A DNA stretch of 64,000 nt, taken from positions 256,001 to 320,000 of the forward strand of contig CAWJCY010000006.1 of the NCBI GenBank assembly GCA_963841565.1. The letters are read 5' to 3'. The stretch is from an uncultured Nitrososphaerales archaeon. GTDB lineage: Archaea; Thermoproteota; Nitrososphaeria; Nitrososphaerales; Nitrososphaeraceae. The position numbers and the translations under genes are program-made. The notes beneath the pieces were generated by a model. That model was not told where the DNA came from. It was given only the letters and a program-made list of their open reading frames with translations, and searched no databases. Positions 54,841 through 63,973 of this stretch are shown in pieces (positions within the stretch are counted from its first letter, which is position 1; every line of letters begins with the position of its first letter).

Positions 54841-55201
54841 ATGAAAGAATTGGATGTCTTTATCCGTTCAGAGCATCGTTCGAAAGTGACAGATATACTC
54901 CAAAAGAATAGAGCAGGCATCAGTTTTTTCGAGGTCCTTGGTACAGGGAGTACACCAAGTGCAGCTCCGGAAGTAGTACATTCATACAGAACTGGTAGAA
55001 CTACTGTCCCTGAATTCGTAACAAGGCTTTTGGTTATGACAGTCGTACCTGATTCTTCTGCAAAAAAAAATAGTCGACGAGCTCGTAAATAGTTTCGGTA
55101 AAACATCAGAGCCTTATAGAGTGCTCTTTGTGAAGGATGTCACTGAAGCTTATCAATTTGGTACGAAGGTAGTCGGGGAGGAAATCCTGACACCTAAATG
55201 A
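54841..55201 (+). CDS. P-II family nitrogen signalling protein; +1 frameshift in the A9 tract at 55062-55070
   Basis: MKELDVFIR...GISFFEVLGTG...YRTG...PEFVTR; removing one A gives AKKIVDELVNSFG...LFVKDVTEAYQFGTKVVGEEIL*. Confidence 0.8.
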
Positions 55202-55299
55202 CCCGAACCGTTGCAAAATCTAACCTCCTGTATAGGCGTTACTTTGTCGCTTCCACAACCTATGAACTATGAGCAGTTGTGTGGCTAATGGTTTAATGG

Positions 55300-55357
55300 G
55301 AATTCACTGATTCCACTACTCTAGACACTCAGAATTCACTGGTTCCACTATTTGACA
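55300..55357. repeat. Imperfect direct repeat pair, 32-bp period
   Basis: GAATTCACTGATTCCACTACTCTAGACA and GAATTCACTGGTTCCACTATTTGACA. Confidence 0.75.
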
Positions 55358-55430
55358 GGATTAATTGAAAAACCGGTCCGGTTCGCATAAATGTACGAGA
55401 TTAGAATGATGCAAACCGCCGAATCTCAAA

Positions 55431-57135
55431 TCAATAATAGTGATGCATAGGCCTTTGTTGTTTTCCTAGTCGATCGAAATAGTGATCATGCTTCTTGTCT
55501 CCTCCTGGATGTGAATGTTCTACACCATCAGCGTGAGTATGAGTCTGCATTTTTGGTTTAGCCATTAAAACATCATCTACGCGCAATAACATGCACGTTA
55601 CCTCCACAGCTGTTTTAAGGACTTGTTCTTTTACTATCGATGGTTCTATTACTGACGAAATGATATTCTCCACCTTTCTGCTTTTTGAATCAATTCCATA
55701 CCACCTAATCTTGCTGTTAGCAGGCAAGTGTTTAGATCTCAATTGTACTATCGTGTTGACGGTATCCATTCCGGCATTTCTAGCAAGCGTGGTTGGTATT
55801 TCCTCTAATGCTTCAGCAAATTTCTGAAGTACGAGCTGAACACGGCCTTTAATTAGTCTAGATCTATCTCTAATGATGGCTGCGACCTTCATTTCAGTAG
55901 CACCAGCTCCTCCAACAATTCGAGGTGATAGAATATAGTCTCTTAGAACAGCAAATCCGTCCAATGCTGAACGGTGGTACTCATCAAGTACTCTTTTTGA
56001 ATTTGCCCTCAACAAGAGAGTCACTGATTTAGGATTTTTACATTCATCGATAAAGACCATCTTGTCATCACCAACCAATTTTTCATACACTTTCCCTGCA
56101 TACCCCAAGTTATTAGATGGTATTGGGCCATTCAAATCTTTAACAACCTTTGCACCTGTTGATCTCTCCAACCACAACATATCATTTTCTTTAACTCTAT
56201 GAAGGGTGAGAATATCTGCTCTTGATAATCGCTGTTGAACTATTTTGTTTATTCCCTTCTGAGAAATCACGATATTCGCACCAGACTCTATAATATTCTG
56301 TACCTTTATTTCGAGTAGTTCGTATTCAGATTTGTAGTATTTCTCTAGCTGACCACATGATGATATATTCAATTCAGAATTAGTCCGAGTCCTGCTCCTA
56401 TCGAGTTCTTCGTTAGTTAAAAGTATCTTGGCGTTTTCAATCTGTTTGACCATGGTTGAAGCTGCAAAGGTCTTGTCAATCACCGTGCCTCTTATTAGGG
56501 TAGTATCAGAAGGGTTACCCAGTTTTTCTTCAATTTTGATATCGTCTATATCAATAGTCTTGTTTCTCAAATCTGAGATGCTCCAAACGGCCTCAACTAC
56601 TAGATCAGCGAGCACTATTATTTTCTCTAGCAACTATGCCTGAGATAGACCTAGTTTGAAGACAAGTCTCTGCCAACTTACTCATTACTTCTCTGTGTAA
56701 ACTGGCTGAGGATACTGAAATTTGACCGAGAGTTTGAAGTGAGATTTCTAAGCCTTTGAGATACCCATCAATTATAACTGATGGAGCGATTCCATAGAAC
56801 AACAGTTCTTGTGCCTTCGACAATAATTCTCCCGACAAGATGACAACAGATGTAGTACCGTCTCCTACCTCATTGTCTACTGCATTGGCCGCCTCTATCA
56901 GAATTTTTGCTGCAGGATGTTCAACATCAAGTTTTCGCAATATCGCTGAACCATCCTTTGTCACCGTGATCTCTCCCATAATATCGATATACACTTTTTC
57001 CAATCCACAAGGACCAAATGAATTTTTAATCAGGTTTGAGATCAATGTAGCTGCCAAGAGATTATACTGACGACTCTTGCCCTCTTGACTTCTGCCAAAA
57101 CCATCACCGAATAGCTGCTCCTTGCGTGGATCCAT
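55431..57135 (-). CDS. Divergent group II chaperonin (thermosome-like) with His-rich C-terminal tail; +1 frameshift near 56634
   Basis: SFGPCG.EK, VTKDG, VEHPAAK, EVGDGTTS, GGAGATE, LARNAG.D and IEP..VK motifs; tail THTHADGVEHSHPGGDKKHDHY...MHHYY. Confidence 0.88.
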
Positions 57136-57438
57136 GTATCCTCCACGTGTCTGATTTGAACTATATAAGGCTTGTCTGATGAACGAATGAGAACGCCATC
57201 ACAGATAAATTGATTGGGATGCTCACTCAATAGATAATCGAAAATTTTGAATTTCAGTCACTTACTATTCAGATTATGATAAATTAAAACATAGAAATCC
57301 AATAATTGTTTTTTATTGACTGATTACATGTAGTATACGAATGTTCGTTCACTCTCATATCCGTAATTTACATTATTTGGCCTAAAATTTATATAATTTC
57401 ACGTTTAGAATTCAATGTGCAAATCGGTAGCATTGTTT

Positions 57439-57457
57439 CTACTAGTCTGACTAGTAG
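57439..57457. promoter_or_regulatory. Perfect palindrome between the symporter TATA box and start
   Basis: CTACTAGTC-T-GACTAGTAG; TATA-like TTTATATAA at about 57388-57396; GGAGGT at 57485 before the TTG. Confidence 0.55.
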
Positions 57458-57496
57458 TAACGTACCTTTTGTAAAAATAGCTCTGGAGGTATCCTT

Positions 57497-59011
57497 TTGG
57501 TAGACGGATATGCGATTGGGGTCATCGCATTTTTAGCGCTTTCTGTTATTGTTGGGACTCTAACCTCGAAGCTTGTAAAGAAAAGCAGCAAAAGGTTTAT
57601 GATCGCTGGCAAAAGTCTGCCGCTCTTCTTCGTGGGGACTATGCTCGCTGCTCAATCTATCGATGGTAATTCTTCACTTGGAAACGTATCCCTTGTTTAT
57701 CAATTTGGATTCTGGTCAGGAGCCGCAATTCCAATTGGACTTGCTGCGTGCCTCATCTTAACGGCAATATTCTATGCAAAAAAACTTAATAAAATGTCAA
57801 TGCTTACTTTGCCCGATTTTTACTTTAGGAGGTTTGGAAATGCAAGTGAAGGCATTTCCGGAATCCTTATGATGATAAGCTTCGTAGTATTAGTAGCAGG
57901 CAATTTTGCGGCAACTGGATACATCTTGTCTGTCGTTTTACATATTGACTTCATATGGGCAATGCTGATTGGAGCGATAATCGTGTTGATTTATACCTAC
58001 GCAGGGGGTCTATTCTCCTCAGCTTATACAGACATTTTTCAAATATATTTAGCAATAGCTGCATTTTGGGCTGCATTTCTATTCTTCGCAGGAGGCTTTG
58101 CGGGCGTCAGCTTTGATACTATTCTTGGCAGCGCTCCACCTGGGTACTTGGATTTATCTGGACTAACAGATATGGGCAATGGTGCCCTTGTTAATTGGGC
58201 TGGAATCATGGCTTTGGCATTAGGAGACATTGTAGCATTGGATTTCATGGAAAGGGTGTTCGCAGCTAGAGACGGTAAAACCGCAAGAAGAGGAGCCTTC
58301 ATGGGAGCAGGACTAACAATATTAACTATCGTTCCCACAAGCATGATGGGAATTGTTGCATTATACTTTTTGCCAGATTTGACTGATCCCTATACTGCTT
58401 ATCCTGATCTAGCGATTAACCATGTTCCATTCGTTATTGGAGTAGCCCTACTCATGGGAGTCCTTGGTGCCTCGATGTCAACTGCAAATGGCGGTTTGCT
58501 CGCCATTTCCAGTGTCATGTCAAGAAACATTGTTCAAAGAACTATCTTGAAAAGGATACTGAAACGCCCAGGATTGGGAGATAAGAAACTACTGATGGTA
58601 ACACGTATTTTCACTATCCCAATGATGATAGCTGCGTTTGTACTTGCATACCTGATCCCGCAGCCCGGTGTTTATCTTATCCTAGCATTTGATATCGTAT
58701 TTGCAGGTGCTTGGGCTCCACTAACATTTGGTCTATTCTGGAAGAAGGCCAATACTCCTGCAACATTGGCTTCACTCATTATTGGATCATCCTTGAGGCT
58801 ATTGCTCTTCTTCGTCATTCCTGTCGAATTGGCTGGTCTTGATACATTAATACCTCCAGTAATATCTGTTATTATCTTTGTTGTAGTAGCTTTAGCGACC
58901 CAAAAGAAATATCCTGGCAGGTATGGAGTCGTTGACTATGTTCCACCAGAAGAAGATGTATTAAATGGAGAAGACTTGAAGGGATTCGTCGCACCAAATG
59001 CAGGGAAATGA
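57497..59011 (+). CDS. Sodium:solute symporter (SSS) family transporter
   Basis: F.IAGKSLP, TLPDFY.RRFG, YT.AGGL.S.AYTD..Q, ASMSTANG and GLFWKKAN motifs; about 13 TM. Confidence 0.93.
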   Translation: MVDGYAIGVIAFLALSVIVGTLTSKLVKKSSKRFMIAGKSLPLFFVGTMLAAQSIDGNSSLGNVSLVYQFGFWSGAAIPIGLAACLILTAIFYAKKLNKMSMLTLPDFYFRRFGNASEGISGILMMISFVVLVAGNFAATGYILSVVLHIDFIWAMLIGAIIVLIYTYAGGLFSSAYTDIFQIYLAIAAFWAAFLFFAGGFAGVSFDTILGSAPPGYLDLSGLTDMGNGALVNWAGIMALALGDIVALDFMERVFAARDGKTARRGAFMGAGLTILTIVPTSMMGIVALYFLPDLTDPYTAYPDLAINHVPFVIGVALLMGVLGASMSTANGGLLAISSVMSRNIVQRTILKRILKRPGLGDKKLLMVTRIFTIPMMIAAFVLAYLIPQPGVYLILAFDIVFAGAWAPLTFGLFWKKANTPATLASLIIGSSLRLLLFFVIPVELAGLDTLIPPVISVIIFVVVALATQKKYPGRYGVVDYVPPEEDVLNGEDLKGFVAPNAGK

Positions 59012-59036
59012 CTTTGTGAAGAAATGCCCTAATACA

Positions 59037-59983
59037 AAGGGAATGGTACCAGACACGATCATAATAGTGGATCTAAAATATGGGTTTATCTCGATAATCC
59101 AAACGAGATTCCTGTTCTATGTTGCCGGATTTAGCCTGAAGAATTGGTGAAGATATAAGACGTGCGATGACCCGGAAGAATGAACCCTATATACCATTTT
59201 CCTGTCAATGTGCATAGCGATCTAGATCTTCGTTCGCACTCCTTGGGTATTCAAATGTACCGTCTGGCAATATATCAAAATGCAATTCAATATGTTCATA
59301 ACAATAATTATTTTTACATTTTGAACACAGAGTAGTTGGTTTTTTAAAACAATTAACAATACCACATATCCCCTCCTTTTGAGACCTATGAGTCCATTCA
59401 TTTATCTCTGTTTGAGTTGGGTCGTCATTAAGGCGAATGAACAAATCTACCTCAACTTTAGGTGGTTCAGACATACCTCATCTGAATTCGACTTGTCTGC
59501 GGTAGCAGTATTTTAATTTTGCATGCAAACAAATGCAGACGACCAATAAGCAATGTGTCAGGCGTATTGGTCGCCTACCCCCGTAACCCTTGATTGACAG
59601 TGGGTCTTTATGAGTGATTTAAACGTCCAAACTGCCAGTAGCGTATTGTACTACACATTATAAAACAATATTAGAAATAGGTAGGTGACAATTAATAGGA
59701 GCATGGTTTGAGGGTATCAACTACCAACTCTAGTAAAACCATTCAGTTTTTCGAAAAGCTGCATTATTGAGTCACGCGCTACACTCATTATTGATGTGTG
59801 TATGCTTGAGAAATCTGCTTTGAGTTGTCGGGGGTCCAAATTACAAAGAACATGTAAAGGACTTTGTTAAGAATTATCCTACAGCCAAGGGAAACGTACC
59901 AGACACAATCGTAATAGTAGACACCAAATATTGGTATATTTTAGATATTCCGAAAGATACCACTATTCCATGTTTCCAGATCT
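59037..59983. repeat. Two diverged ~100-bp direct copies (about 59037-59132 and 59887-59983), remnants of paralogous membrane-protein genes on the minus strand
   Basis: AAGGGAATGGTACCAGACACGATCATAATAGTGGA... vs AAGGGAAACGTACCAGACACAATCGTAATAGTAGA...; minus strand STIMIVSGTIPFVLG vs STITIVSGTFPLAVG. Confidence 0.7.
59205..59474 (-). CDS. Small AN1/B-box-like zinc-finger protein
   Basis: C-x4-C-x7-C-x2-C-x4-C-x2-H-x3-H. Confidence 0.65.
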   Translation of the reverse strand: MSEPPKVEVDLFIRLNDDPTQTEINEWTHRSQKEGICGIVNCFKKPTTLCSKCKNNYCYEHIELHFDILPDGTFEYPRSANEDLDRYAH

Positions 59984-60319
59984 GTAGTACCACGGAAGAC
60001 ATAAACAGCAAATATCCACAAATATGAATCCCACAAACCATGCCCATGTCAACGCGACAAATACCAGGGTGTAAGATTATGATATGAAATGCAGACAACT
60101 ATAACATTTATGAAGCCAGTTTGGTCGCCTGCACTGCCTTTTTGATATCAATTGGTAGAGTATACTCCAAACACAGTCGGATCTTAGATATCGGATAAGG
60201 GTTACTTCCACCGTTATTACTACCACCTTGTATTAACACAAATAGTTTCAAAGTCTCCAATTCTGATATTATCATAGTATTATCTCCAAACTATTGATAA
60301 GCGATAGCATCATTATAGT

Positions 60320-60514
60320 GTGTCAGAAAAAAATATGGGTAAATGGAAATGCCTGTGGTGTTCTAAAGTGTTGGAAGGAGAATCCCTTATGGATCTAATT
60401 GAGGTTTCTCGAAAGGAGGAAGGCGAACAGCATGTCCATGGCTGGGAAAATATTACTTTGGAAGGAGAAGTAATGGCAACTGCCATACTAAAGACTAAAC
60501 TATCTGCGGTTTAG
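60320..60514 (+). CDS. Small putative Zn-binding protein
   Basis: WKCLWC...HVH; GTG start. Confidence 0.5.
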   Translation: MSEKNMGKWKCLWCSKVLEGESLMDLIEVSRKEEGEQHVHGWENITLEGEVMATAILKTKLSAV

Positions 60515-60561
60515 TTTTACTTTATTTTAGTATCCTGTTTACTAGTAAGTTCTCATAGAGT

Positions 60562-62175
60562 TTATTTCTTATTCGTATCTATTGGCAAACTAAATGTGAA
60601 TGTTGCTCCTACATCTCCGTCATAATTGTTATTCTCAGCCCATATACTGCCACCATGTTTTTCGATTATGCTCTTGGAAATAAATAGGCCCAATCCAGTA
60701 CCTCCTCCATCAGATTTTGTACCGAATTTTGTGAAAAGTTTTGGCAAAATGTCTGGATGTATGCCAGTCCCTGTATCTTTTATTTTGACAATAATCTTGT
60801 TGCTGCTCTCTTTTTGTTCAACAGTAACTTTGATGCGACCATCATTTGTGAACTTGAAAGCATTGCTTATCAAGTTATTAACAACTTGACAGAGCCTGCT
60901 TCTGTCTGCTACTATAATCGTAGCACCATCTCCTTGACATTCATAATGTATAGCTAGGTTGCTTCTATTGCCGTTCTTGATGCTTTGACGATACTCATTC
61001 AATATTTCTATGATCATCTTATCAAGGTCAAATTTTTCTTTCTTTAAAATAAGAGATCCGCTTTCAATTTTTGTAGCATCTAATATATCTTCTGTTAGTT
61101 GCATTAATCTTTTTGAGTTTCTAAGTATAATATCTAGCAACAAGTCCTCTTGCTGCACGGTTATTGGGATGCTTCTACTCTTTCCTTCTCTTACGGAGTG
61201 AAGATATTCAGTTAGTCCAAGTATTGGCTGTATAGGTGTTCGAAGCTCATGTGCTGCCACATTTATGAATTCATCTTTCAATCGATCTTTATGTTTTAAT
61301 TCTTCATTTGCATATTCTAATTCCTTTGTCAATTCATTTTGTTTTTTAATATAGCTCTTCAGAGATTCTACCATTGAATTAAATGAGCGACCTAAAACGG
61401 AGAGCTCATCACTTCCTGTGCCTTTAACTGAAACATCTAAATTACCTTTACCTATTTCAGACGTCGCGGCAGTTAGAGCAAATACAGGTTTTAGAATTCT
61501 CATAACAAGATATAGTACTACAGCAGCAACTGCAATGTTTAAAACTGCAAATATCCCTTGCAACATCATTGAATTCTGTGAACTGACTCTTGCGTACTCT
61601 CCTAATTCCGTAACTAACACATTAGACGAATTCAGTAATGATGATGCGCTAGTTTCAGTTGTTGCTTGTAGAGCTTCAACAGTTGGCGGTGTTATTTCAG
61701 CATTATTGATCCTTCCATTAGGTTGAATTATAGTATTTGTTAAGATCGTTTTTAGATAAACCCATTCTTGATAGATTTTATTCCAGTCTTCCAAAAATTT
61801 TGATGGCAGGGGTCTTAGATCTATATCTGATATCATTCCCCCTTGTTTTAATTTCAAGATGTTTGATTCTAGTTGGTTCATTGCGGAGCTAATTTTAGAC
61901 AGGTCAGTGCCATTTCCTACTTGGGAAAAATATTCTGAGAGCTCTAACATAAGGTTAGAAGTGAGAAATCGATTCTTACCTGCAATATTTATCGAGTTTC
62001 CTAGATGTGTATCTTGTGATTCGTAATAAGAAAGTATACTGAAGCTACTGATAACAAAACCAATTTGAATTACAACCAAAATCCCAATTTTTAAGCCTAT
62101 TTTAGAACGTATTGATCCTATTAGATTAGAACCGTTCTTCAATACTGATCGCCATTGCTGGTCAAGTGTTATCAT
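60562..62175 (-). CDS. Membrane sensor histidine kinase (NarX/PilJ-like sensor, HAMP, HisKA, HATPase)
   Basis: TM, SINIAGKNRF, TM, HAMP (DELSVLGRSFNSM), AAHELRTP, NLISNAFKFT, DTGTGI and GTGLGL. Confidence 0.93.
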   Translation of the reverse strand: MITLDQQWRSVLKNGSNLIGSIRSKIGLKIGILVVIQIGFVISSFSILSYYESQDTHLGNSINIAGKNRFLTSNLMLELSEYFSQVGNGTDLSKISSAMNQLESNILKLKQGGMISDIDLRPLPSKFLEDWNKIYQEWVYLKTILTNTIIQPNGRINNAEITPPTVEALQATTETSASSLLNSSNVLVTELGEYARVSSQNSMMLQGIFAVLNIAVAAVVLYLVMRILKPVFALTAATSEIGKGNLDVSVKGTGSDELSVLGRSFNSMVESLKSYIKKQNELTKELEYANEELKHKDRLKDEFINVAAHELRTPIQPILGLTEYLHSVREGKSRSIPITVQQEDLLLDIILRNSKRLMQLTEDILDATKIESGSLILKKEKFDLDKMIIEILNEYRQSIKNGNRSNLAIHYECQGDGATIIVADRSRLCQVVNNLISNAFKFTNDGRIKVTVEQKESSNKIIVKIKDTGTGIHPDILPKLFTKFGTKSDGGGTGLGLFISKSIIEKHGGSIWAENNNYDGDVGATFTFSLPIDTNKK

Positions 62176-62654
62176 TATATCCGACTTTGAGGTATTTATC
62201 CTTTAATCTCCATATTAAGTGAAATTGGAATTACTTTCAGAATATTTATCATGATAGCAGGTTACTATTTGATGCAATAACTGACAGCTTTTTCAACCAA
62301 ACAGGACGTTAACTGGACCGCGTAGAACATCGAAGTGAGCAAGGCTTTGCAAATCAAGTCTTACTGGCTTATGTTGACGTGAAACCCTATACCAGTAGGT
62401 TTAAGAAATTAATCGCGAAAACGATTTCGCTGAAATTACTGACTCGTTCGTTGACTTTGAATATCTTCTAATTTCTCTTCCATTGCATTCACATATTGTA
62501 CTGAAGGACCATTTTCAAGTAAAACAAACTATGATCTTCTAGCTTCTTAGTATTATTTGCTATTTTGACTAGCCAAATATTAGACTGTTACAAGGTGAAT
62601 CAAACTTATCTTCTTGATACTGAGATTTAAATATGGATGGTGCCCATAGTAACT

Positions 62655-62727
62655 TGAGTAGAATTGGTATTGGGGTAAGGCCTCCAGATCTGTAATCCTC
62701 CTCAGTGTTCGATTCCTGACTACTCAC
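62655..62727 (+). other. Degenerate tRNA-like element
   Basis: 7-bp acceptor-like stem TGAGTAG/CTACTCA spanning 72 nt; T-arm TCAG(T)G-TTCGATT-CCTGA; D and anticodon stems poorly paired. Confidence 0.35.
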
Positions 62728-63203
62728 TTCTTTTGCCAGTACACTTATTGCCTTGACCTAGTTTACTAATTTGAGTAATCTTTATTGTTTCAAGGAAAAT
62801 CTGTAATAGTAGGTTTCCCATGAGTCCCCATACAGCAGCTCAGTTGTAGTTATAGTTCACGGACTAAAGCTCATATACAAGATTTGACCTCGTCTGTTTG
62901 TTTAGCTATATGGGCAATAAAATTTGCCAATTTGGCCATAAATCACGCTCGTTTAGTCATACTCAGGACAAACTTATTATGGTATCAACTCTTTTATGGA
63001 ACCCTATTTGAGCAAGGTAAATCTATAGGTAGTAACTTACATTCATGCTTTCGATCAGATTTCATAATACCTAAGCTATTTTCATCTTATTTAATTAAAT
63101 CAAATTCCAAAATAGTAATGCTGCTTTCAAGCGTCCAATCCCTGACAAAGGCAGCAAATGGCAAAATGAAGCACAACTAGAAAATCCCTCAGCATTAGCA
63201 TCC

Positions 63204-63243
63204 GGGGCCACCTGGTCTTGCAGAATTTCTTCCAGGTGGCCCC
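63204..63243. repeat. GC-rich perfect 12-bp inverted repeat (hairpin)
   Basis: GGGGCCACCTGG-N16-CCAGGTGGCCCC. Confidence 0.9.
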
Positions 63244-63379
63244 TTCATGATTGACCTTACCTAAAAATTAACTGGTTGACATATAAGAGGTAGAACAGTT
63301 AGGAAGAGATTAGGTTAACAATTCATAGCTATCTGTTGCGGTACCGCCGTAACTTAGATTGATTGTTCCAAAACCAAGA

Positions 63380-63973
63380 GAGAGAATAGTATCGAATCAA
63401 AAGTCAAATTCGCACCCATCATTTTTCTAAAATTTAGATATTAGTCTAAGGTTGTTTTAGCTTCCGGGGTACAGAAAGTCAGGTATTGCGGTCTTTCCTT
63501 CTTATATACTATAATCTGGTAAATACCTTATTTAGGTATCTCAAATGGGTGCTTGAACTCAAGATTTAGCAGACCCCTAATCCTTATACCCGAGCTTGCC
63601 AAAAGAAGGATAATAGCCCTATCTCTTTTTGAATGAGCAGAAGCAAATAGCTCGTCAATCTCCTCCCTTGTGTAAAGCCTATCCTCTACTACTGAGTAAA
63701 ATTCACCAATTCATTTCAAAGAAATGCTTTACTGCTACAAGGCGTACTCTAATAGTGACAGGAGCCATTTTTACTTCTCTGAAGTAAAATAAATTACATA
63801 ATCAGTGATCTTGTCCTACAATTTCTTTGCGGAATGTTCAATTAGAAGCTGCTCAAATTCAGTAAATGTCATGCATTTCATGAATTGATTTAGGTTTTGC
63901 AAACAGGCTTGTTGGTCTGTGGAGACTTTAAGGAATTATGAAATTGACCTAAAGCTACTTGTTATTGTTGCAT
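63380..63973 (-). pseudogene. Tyrosine recombinase/integrase pseudogene
   Basis: Fragments FHNSLKSPQT...NQFMK...KKL*DKITDYV and DRLYTREEI...RDRAIILLLASSGIRI...K*GIYQIIVYK...YLTFCTPEAKTTLD*YL; in-frame stops; catalytic C-terminus not found. Confidence 0.8.

Noticed and set aside
57240-57496. Guanidine riboswitch upstream of the symporter
   Set aside because: No paired ACGR-loop hairpins or ykkC consensus recognisable by eye
1794-61726. Numerous antisense or overlapping ORFs in the track (e.g. 22276-22662, 29705-30025, 51222-51593, 41428-41745)
   Set aside because: Shadows of well-supported genes on the opposite strand or in another frame
62884-63180. 98-aa plus-strand ORF
   Set aside because: No motifs; lies in decayed DNA
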